64,000 bases of DNA from the NCBI GenBank assembly GCA_003484955.1, contig DMZH01000001.1, positions 151,848 through 215,847 on the forward strand, written 5' to 3'. The stretch is from Candidatus Woesebacteria bacterium (GTDB taxonomy: Bacteria > Patescibacteriota > Microgenomatia > UBA8517). The notes beneath the pieces are model-generated. The model searched no databases and had not been told where the DNA came from. It saw only the letters and a program-made list of their open reading frames with translations. This document shows positions 58,517 through 64,000 of this stretch, one piece after another. Both the position numbers and the translations under genes were made by a program. How positions within the stretch are numbered: position 1 is the stretch's first letter; every line of letters starts with the position of its first letter.

Positions 58517-58992
58517 TAACCCGTGAGTTTTCTTCCGGCGGGGTGGTTTTCAAAAAAGATAACGGAAAAATTCTCTGGCTGATAAGAAAAACTGCCGCGT
58601 CTGAACTTTATCCTGAAACACACTGGATGTTGGCCAAAGGAAGAATAGACGATATAGACGGTGATTTACCTGGACCAATGGCTTCCGGGAAAATTAAGGC
58701 GAATGAGGAGTCATTGCAAAAAGCGGCCCTGAGAGAAGTTGGGGAAGAAACCGGAGTGGAAGCTAAAATTGTTAAGAAAATTGAAACGATAATGTATTCT
58801 TTTACGGACACAGTGAGGGGAAAAATATTAAAATTTGTGACGTTTTTCCTGATGGAATATATAAAAGATAAACCTGAAGGGTTTGATTGGGAAACAAGTG
58901 AGATTGCTTGGTTACCATTTGATGAGGCGTTAGAAACGTTATCGTTTCGCGGTGAAAAGTCGGTTCTTAAGAAAGCAAAGGAACTTCTTTGA
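58483..58992 (+). CDS. NUDIX hydrolase (Ap4A-hydrolase-like) with an insertion in the Nudix box
   Basis: REFSSGGVV, W.LAKG and AALREVGEETG motifs. Confidence 0.85.
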   Translation: MGNNTQGKTILITREFSSGGVVFKKDNGKILWLIRKTAASELYPETHWMLAKGRIDDIDGDLPGPMASGKIKANEESLQKAALREVGEETGVEAKIVKKIETIMYSFTDTVRGKILKFVTFFLMEYIKDKPEGFDWETSEIAWLPFDEALETLSFRGEKSVLKKAKELL

Positions 58993-59085
58993 TATAGAAG
59001 CTGTTTCTAAATCTCACACATGTTCGATTTCGAGCGCTTCGCGAGTTTATATAACTGAACTTATAAGTTATAATACAGATTCCAC

Positions 59086-59171
59086 GGAGGAGTGGCCCAG
59101 CGGCTACGGCGTGCGCTTGGAAAGCGCATGGGAGCAATCCCTCGCAGGTTCGAGTCCTGTCTCCTCCGCCA
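59086..59171 (+). tRNA. tRNA-Ser(GGA)
   Basis: Acceptor GGAGGAG/CTCCTCC, TGCGC-TTGGAAA-GCGCA, variable arm, GCCA end. Confidence 0.93.
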
Positions 59172-59285
59172 AAATTCGGAATTCGGATTTTGCTCAAAAA
59201 ATGTTCGAACTTCATCCAGAAAACACCGTTTACGAAAGTATAGCTTCATCTTTTATTCGGGTATTGATGTTATAATCGGGATAGG

Positions 59286-61088
59286 ATGCCGGAAAATCAA
59301 ATTGAAGAAGTAAAAGGAAGAACGGACATAGTTGCCATAATTGGAGAAAGAATTGAGCTTAAAAAAGCAGGCAGGAATTATAAGGCAAATTGTCCTTTCC
59401 ACGGCGAAAAAACACCTTCTTTTATGGTTTCTCCGGAGCTTCAGATTTTCAAATGTTTTGGCTGTGATGCCAAAGGTGATGTTTTTTCCTTTCTGGAACA
59501 ATATGAGGGGATGGAGTTTCCTGAAGCCCTGAAATATTTAGCGGACAGGGCCGGGGTTAAACTTCAAAAGTTCCAAGGGGGAGAGTCATCCGAAAAGGAG
59601 AGATTAATTGAGGTTAATACCCAGACACTTCGTTTTTATAATTATTTGCTTCTTGAACATCCTGTTGGAAAGAAAGCGCTGGATTATTTGATGAACCAAA
59701 GAGGGTTAAAAAAGGAAACAATTCAGGAGTTCAGTCTTGGATACTCTCCTGAAAGTTCGTATTCCCTGAAAAAATTTCTGGTTGATAAGAAAAAATTTAC
59801 TCCAAGCGAGGTCGAACGGGCGGGAATTGGAATTGTACGGGGATCAAACTTATATGACAGATTTAATGGACGGGTTGTATTTCCTTTATTTGATCACAGA
59901 GGCAACTCAATTGGGTTTTCGGGTAGGGTTTTACCCTGGGATAAACGCGAAACCGGCAAATATATAAACTCTCCCGAAACCCCGCTTTACCATAAAAGCA
60001 ACGTTCTTTACGGACTGAATCTAGCCCGCGGACTAATCAAAAAGAAAAAAACCGCAATTGTAGTTGAAGGAGAGTTGGATCTTATCTCTTCATGGCAGGC
60101 GGGCATCAAAAATGTTGTAGCCATAAAAGGCTCAGCTCTTACGGAGGAGCAAGTAAAACTTTTGTCCCGTTTTGCGCAAAGGTTTATTTTAGCGCTTGAT
60201 AGTGACATGGCGGGGGATGCTGCTACGAGACGGGGAATAAAAGTAGCAAGCGATATGGGGGTCGAAATAAAAGTTGCGGAAATAAGCGGAGGCTATAAAG
60301 ATCCGGATGAGGCGGCCCGGGGCAATATTGAAAGTTATAAAAAAGATTTGATAGGAGCAAAAGTTATTTGGGATTTTCTAATAGACTCGGTTTTCGCACG
60401 CAATAATGCCGAAACGGGTTCGGGAAAATCAAAAATTTCTAAAGAAATTACGCCGATTCTCTCTGAAATAAGCGATAAAATCGTTCAAGCACACTATGCC
60501 AATGTTGTTGCCAGAAAGCTCGGTGTTCCTTTGGATGCAGTTTCTGAAGAAATAGCCAAAGACCAGAAAGTTTCCACAGGAGCTCCCTCCGGCATCGAGG
60601 AAAAGACGGAAGGCAGAACAAAAAGAGAAGTTTTAGAGGAAAACTTTTTGAAGTTGGCATTTTTTGATGATCCGAAAACCCTTGCTTCAAAAGAAATTTC
60701 AGTGCTTATAAAATTACCCCTCAATGTAAAATTAATAGAGGAATATAAAAAGTTTTCCGACGGCACGACATTTAAAATCTCCGAATTTGGAAAGAATTTA
60801 CCTAGAGAACTGTTTGGCGGTTTTTCGAAAATGGTTCTTTTGGAAGAACGTGATTTGAGCGAAAAACCGGAAGAATTAAAAAAGGAGTTGGAATTAGTTA
60901 AAAAAGAGCTTAAAATACTAGCTGTAAAAGAAAAATTAGAAATTTTACAGTCTCAGATACGTGAGATGGAAGAAAAAGGCGATAAGAATAAGCTTCTTGA
61001 AGCTCAAAATAAATTCAATAAACTCGTCAAAATGCGCTCCACCTACGAAAAAGAAAACGGAAGCGGTATAATTCTAAATGAGGATTAA
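59286..61088 (+). CDS. dnaG: DNA primase
   Basis: [30 protein letters not shown] and ALDSDMAG motifs. Confidence 0.97.
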   Translation: MPENQIEEVKGRTDIVAIIGERIELKKAGRNYKANCPFHGEKTPSFMVSPELQIFKCFGCDAKGDVFSFLEQYEGMEFPEALKYLADRAGVKLQKFQGGESSEKERLIEVNTQTLRFYNYLLLEHPVGKKALDYLMNQRGLKKETIQEFSLGYSPESSYSLKKFLVDKKKFTPSEVERAGIGIVRGSNLYDRFNGRVVFPLFDHRGNSIGFSGRVLPWDKRETGKYINSPETPLYHKSNVLYGLNLARGLIKKKKTAIVVEGELDLISSWQAGIKNVVAIKGSALTEEQVKLLSRFAQRFILALDSDMAGDAATRRGIKVASDMGVEIKVAEISGGYKDPDEAARGNIESYKKDLIGAKVIWDFLIDSVFARNNAETGSGKSKISKEITPILSEISDKIVQAHYANVVARKLGVPLDAVSEEIAKDQKVSTGAPSGIEEKTEGRTKREVLEENFLKLAFFDDPKTLASKEISVLIKLPLNVKLIEEYKKFSDGTTFKISEFGKNLPRELFGGFSKMVLLEERDLSEKPEELKKELELVKKELKILAVKEKLEILQSQIREMEEKGDKNKLLEAQNKFNKLVKMRSTYEKENGSGIILNED

Positions 61089-61105
61089 AACTCCTCTGTT
61101 CCTAT

Positions 61106-62185
61106 ATGATACGAAAACCAGTACTCGATTTAATTAAAAAAGGCCGTGATCAAGGATTTCTTACTCAGGAAGAAATAATGGAGGTTTTTCCTGATGCAGA
61201 GGAAAGAGTAGAGGAACTTGATGATCTTTATGAAAAACTTCTCGCGGAGGGGATTGATGTTTTTGAGTCGGTAAGTCCCGGGGAAATGGAATCCGATGAA
61301 AAAGCTAAAGAAAAACTGGATCGCGAAATAGAACTTCTTACAAAACTTGAGGGGATCGAATCGACAGACCCTGTCAGACAATATTTAAGGGAGATAGGAC
61401 GTGTCCCGCTTCTTTTAGCTGAGGATGAAGTTGAACTTGCCAAAAGATACGAAAAAGCCGACAAGAGAGCCAAAGATAAATTAACGGAAAGCAATTTGAG
61501 ATTGGTGGTTTCTATCGCCAAAAAATATATTGGACGAGGCCTTTCCCTACTTGACCTTATTCAGGAAGGAAACCAGGGACTTATACGCGCAGTTGAAAAA
61601 TACGACTGGAGAAAAGGTTATAAATTTTCAACCTACGCAACTTGGTGGATAAGACAGGCAATAACCCGCGCAATTGCCGATCAGGCAAGAACTATCAGAA
61701 TTCCTGTCCATATGGTTGAAACAATCAATAAAATTTATAGAACAAGCAGGAGACTTATGCAGGAGTTGGGCAGGGAACCTACCCCAGAGGAAATCGGAGA
61801 GGAACTTGAGATGGATGGGAATAGAATCAGAGAGATATTTAAAATTGCCCAAGAAACTACTTCACTGGAAGCCCCTGTCGGAGAAGATCAGGAAAGCTTT
61901 TTGGGGGATTTTATACCTGACGAAACAACCCTTTCTCCTGTCGACCAGGCAAGTAAACAGCTTTTAAAGGATCATTTGGAAGAAGTTTTAGGGACTCTTT
62001 CCGAAAGGGAAGCAAAGGTACTGAAACTCAGGTTTGGACTTGAAGGCAGTAAAGCGATGACTTTAGAGGAAGTCGGAAAAGTTTTCGGAGTAACCCGTGA
62101 GCGCATCAGACAAATTGAGGCAAAAGCATTAAGAAAACTAAAACATCCTTCAAGACGTAAGAAACTTCAGGATTATTTGGACTAA
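61106..62185 (+). CDS. rpoD: Primary sigma factor RpoD/SigA
   Basis: [37 protein letters not shown] and [10 protein letters not shown] motifs. Confidence 0.98.
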   Translation: MIRKPVLDLIKKGRDQGFLTQEEIMEVFPDAEERVEELDDLYEKLLAEGIDVFESVSPGEMESDEKAKEKLDREIELLTKLEGIESTDPVRQYLREIGRVPLLLAEDEVELAKRYEKADKRAKDKLTESNLRLVVSIAKKYIGRGLSLLDLIQEGNQGLIRAVEKYDWRKGYKFSTYATWWIRQAITRAIADQARTIRIPVHMVETINKIYRTSRRLMQELGREPTPEEIGEELEMDGNRIREIFKIAQETTSLEAPVGEDQESFLGDFIPDETTLSPVDQASKQLLKDHLEEVLGTLSEREAKVLKLRFGLEGSKAMTLEEVGKVFGVTRERIRQIEAKALRKLKHPSRRKKLQDYLD

Positions 62186-62192
62186 GAGGCGG

Positions 62193-63137
62193 TTATTTAC
62201 CGAGTTTTTCTTTAAGGCCCTCAATCATTACTTCAGTCATTTTGGTCAGATCAATTTCCGGTTTCCAACCCCAATCACTTTTGGCTGCAGAATCATCAAT
62301 TGATTGTGGCCAGGATTCTGCAATAGCTTGTTTAACAGGATCGGGATCATATGTACAGGTAAAATTTGGATAGAGTTTTTTAATTTCGGCGACTAATTCT
62401 TCAGGTGTAAAGTTAATTGCCCCAAAATTATAACTGGTTCTTACACTAATATTCTCGGGTGGAGCCTCCATCAAATCAATTGTTCCTTTTATGGCATCAT
62501 CAATGTACATCATGGGAAGTCTGGCATCTTTTTTTAAGAAGCAGCTATATTTTCCTTCATTCAAAAGTCCATAAAAAATGTGTACGGAATATTCAGTGGT
62601 TCCGTCTCCAGGAGGAGCTTTATAGCCTGTTAACCCCGGGTATCTAAGGCTTCTGGCATCCACCCCGTAGCGTTTCCAGTAATACTGACACATGAGCTCT
62701 CCCGCAACCTTGGCAACGCCGTATATAGTGGTCGGTTCAAGACTGGTGTGTTGAGGCGTATCAACTTTCGGTGTTGTCGGACCAAACGCCGCAATTGAAC
62801 TTGGCCAGAAAACTTTGAATTTATATGTTTTTGCCAAGTCCAGAATATTTTTAAGCCCTCCGAAATTAACTTTCCAGGCCAAATCCGGATCTTTTTCGCT
62901 TCCAACAGATAAAATTCCGGCAAGGTGGTAAACATCTGTGATCCCGTTATCTTTGATAATTGTTTCCATTGAAGAGATATCGGTAACATCACCTTTTACC
63001 AAATTTCCGTCAAAATCCGCAGGGATGGTTTTGTTGCCCAAGGCAAATACATTTTCTTTACCGAATTTTTCTTGGAGAGCGGGAACCAAATCTGATCCCA
63101 CAAGTCCAAAGGCTCCGGTAACAAGAATTTTTCTCAT
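62193..63137 (-). CDS. tdh: L-threonine 3-dehydrogenase (SDR type)
   Basis: [36 protein letters not shown] and [12 protein letters not shown] motifs; coupled to kbl. Confidence 0.85.
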   Translation of the reverse strand: MRKILVTGAFGLVGSDLVPALQEKFGKENVFALGNKTIPADFDGNLVKGDVTDISSMETIIKDNGITDVYHLAGILSVGSEKDPDLAWKVNFGGLKNILDLAKTYKFKVFWPSSIAAFGPTTPKVDTPQHTSLEPTTIYGVAKVAGELMCQYYWKRYGVDARSLRYPGLTGYKAPPGDGTTEYSVHIFYGLLNEGKYSCFLKKDARLPMMYIDDAIKGTIDLMEAPPENISVRTSYNFGAINFTPEELVAEIKKLYPNFTCTYDPDPVKQAIAESWPQSIDDSAAKSDWGWKPEIDLTKMTEVMIEGLKEKLGK

Positions 63138-64000
63138 ATCACATTCATTTTTTTGCCTACTTTTTCGAAGATTTTGAGGGCTTGATCAAGCTGTTCCTTG
63201 GAATGTCCCGCAGAATTCATAACTCTAATTCTCGCTTTTCCTTGGGGAACAGTTGGATAAACTATTGCTTTAGCAAAAAGCCCTTCGGCAAAAAGTTCAC
63301 GGCTCATATCTTGTGCCAGTTTATTTTCACCTAGCATGACGGGGATAATGGGGGAGATGGAAATTCCGGTGTCGAAACCAAGTTTTTTAAGCCCCGCTCT
63401 TAAGTAATCGGCGTTCTCCCAAAGTTTTTTAACGAGATTTTCCGATTTTTCCAAGAGACCAACAGCCGCAATACAGGCGGCTACATCCGGGATTGTCATA
63501 GCACTTGAAAAAAGAAAAGGTCTGCCCCTTTGACTTAACCATTCGATAACTTCTTTTTTACCTGCGGCGAGGCCACCCATAACACCGAATGCTTTACTCA
63601 TTGTTCCAACCTCGATGTCGACCTTTCCATGAAGTTCGAAATGATCAACTATTCCCCTGCCTGAATTTCCTAAAACTCCTTCGCCGTGTGCATCATCTAC
63701 CATAAGCATGGCACCGTATTTGGAAGAAACTTCATAGATTTTGTCCAAAGGTGCAATGTCTCCATCCATGCTAAATACTCCGTCGGTAATCACCAGTTTT
63801 TTAACGTCTTTAGGAGCGGCTTTTAATTTATCTTCAAGATCGTTGGCGTTCGCATGGGCAAATCTGACAACTTCGGCTTTACTTAGACGGCAGCCGTCGA
63901 TAATACTGGCATGGTTTAGCTCATCAGAAAAAATCAGATCACCTTCCCCGACAAGTGCAGGAATTACAGCCAAATTTGCAACAAATCCGGTTTGAAAAGT
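63134..64000 (-). CDS. kbl: Glycine C-acetyltransferase (2-amino-3-ketobutyrate CoA ligase), 5' end outside window
   Basis: [35 protein letters not shown] and [11 protein letters not shown] motifs; adjacent to tdh. Confidence 0.88.
   Translation of the reverse strand, partial: TFQTGFVANLAVIPALVGEGDLIFSDELNHASIIDGCRLSKAEVVRFAHANANDLEDKLKAAPKDVKKLVITDGVFSMDGDIAPLDKIYEVSSKYGAMLMVDDAHGEGVLGNSGRGIVDHFELHGKVDIEVGTMSKAFGVMGGLAAGKKEVIEWLSQRGRPFLFSSAMTIPDVAACIAAVGLLEKSENLVKKLWENADYLRAGLKKLGFDTGISISPIIPVMLGENKLAQDMSRELFAEGLFAKAIVYPTVPQGKARIRVMNSAGHSKEQLDQALKIFEKVGKKMNVI

Noticed and set aside
58997-59043. tRNA-like fragment with GTTCGATTTC and a CTA triplet (possible suppressor or Pyl tRNA)
   Set aside because: No paired anticodon stem, T stem or D arm can be formed.
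57899-59313. ORFs 57899-58087, 58952-59275, 58967-59215 and 59092-59313
   Set aside because: They overlap tRNA genes and show typical tRNA shadow peptides.
1-64000. Alternative genetic code (UGA as Gly or Trp)
   Set aside because: Conserved genes are full length under code 11, and several end at TGA at expected positions (metG, tsaD, dnaA).

Overview
This is a gene-dense, low-GC chromosomal segment that spans the replication origin (rpmH-dnaA-oriC-dnaN). Gene content and protein style point to a Candidate Phyla Radiation (Patescibacteria) bacterium, probably Microgenomates; the taxon is my inference. The left arm carries housekeeping genes (uvrD-type helicase, rmuC, metG, groESL with CIRCE, a tsaC-tsaE fusion, tsaD, valS, rplY, rnhA, yidC operon) and a surface-glycosylation cluster. 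Right of dnaN lies a ~17 kb type IV secretion-like locus with no relaxase or coupling protein in the window. It holds eight tandem VirB2/TrbC-like pilins, a secreted lysozyme-like protein, a VirB6-like protein, PrgI, an apparently split VirB4, a glycine-zipper/HExxH protein with a small partner, and a 900-aa ORFan on the opposite strand. The right end carries spoIID-like, smpB/ssrA, comF, five tRNAs (all four Ser isoacceptors plus Arg-GCG), two NUDIX genes, dnaG-rpoD and tdh/kbl. Patterns not explained by the gene calls: widespread leaderless-type promoters, period-7 repeats inside and between genes, and a two-copy REPIN-like palindromic element. No CRISPR array, rRNA or intact transposase/integrase was seen. 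All calls are by eye, with no database searches.
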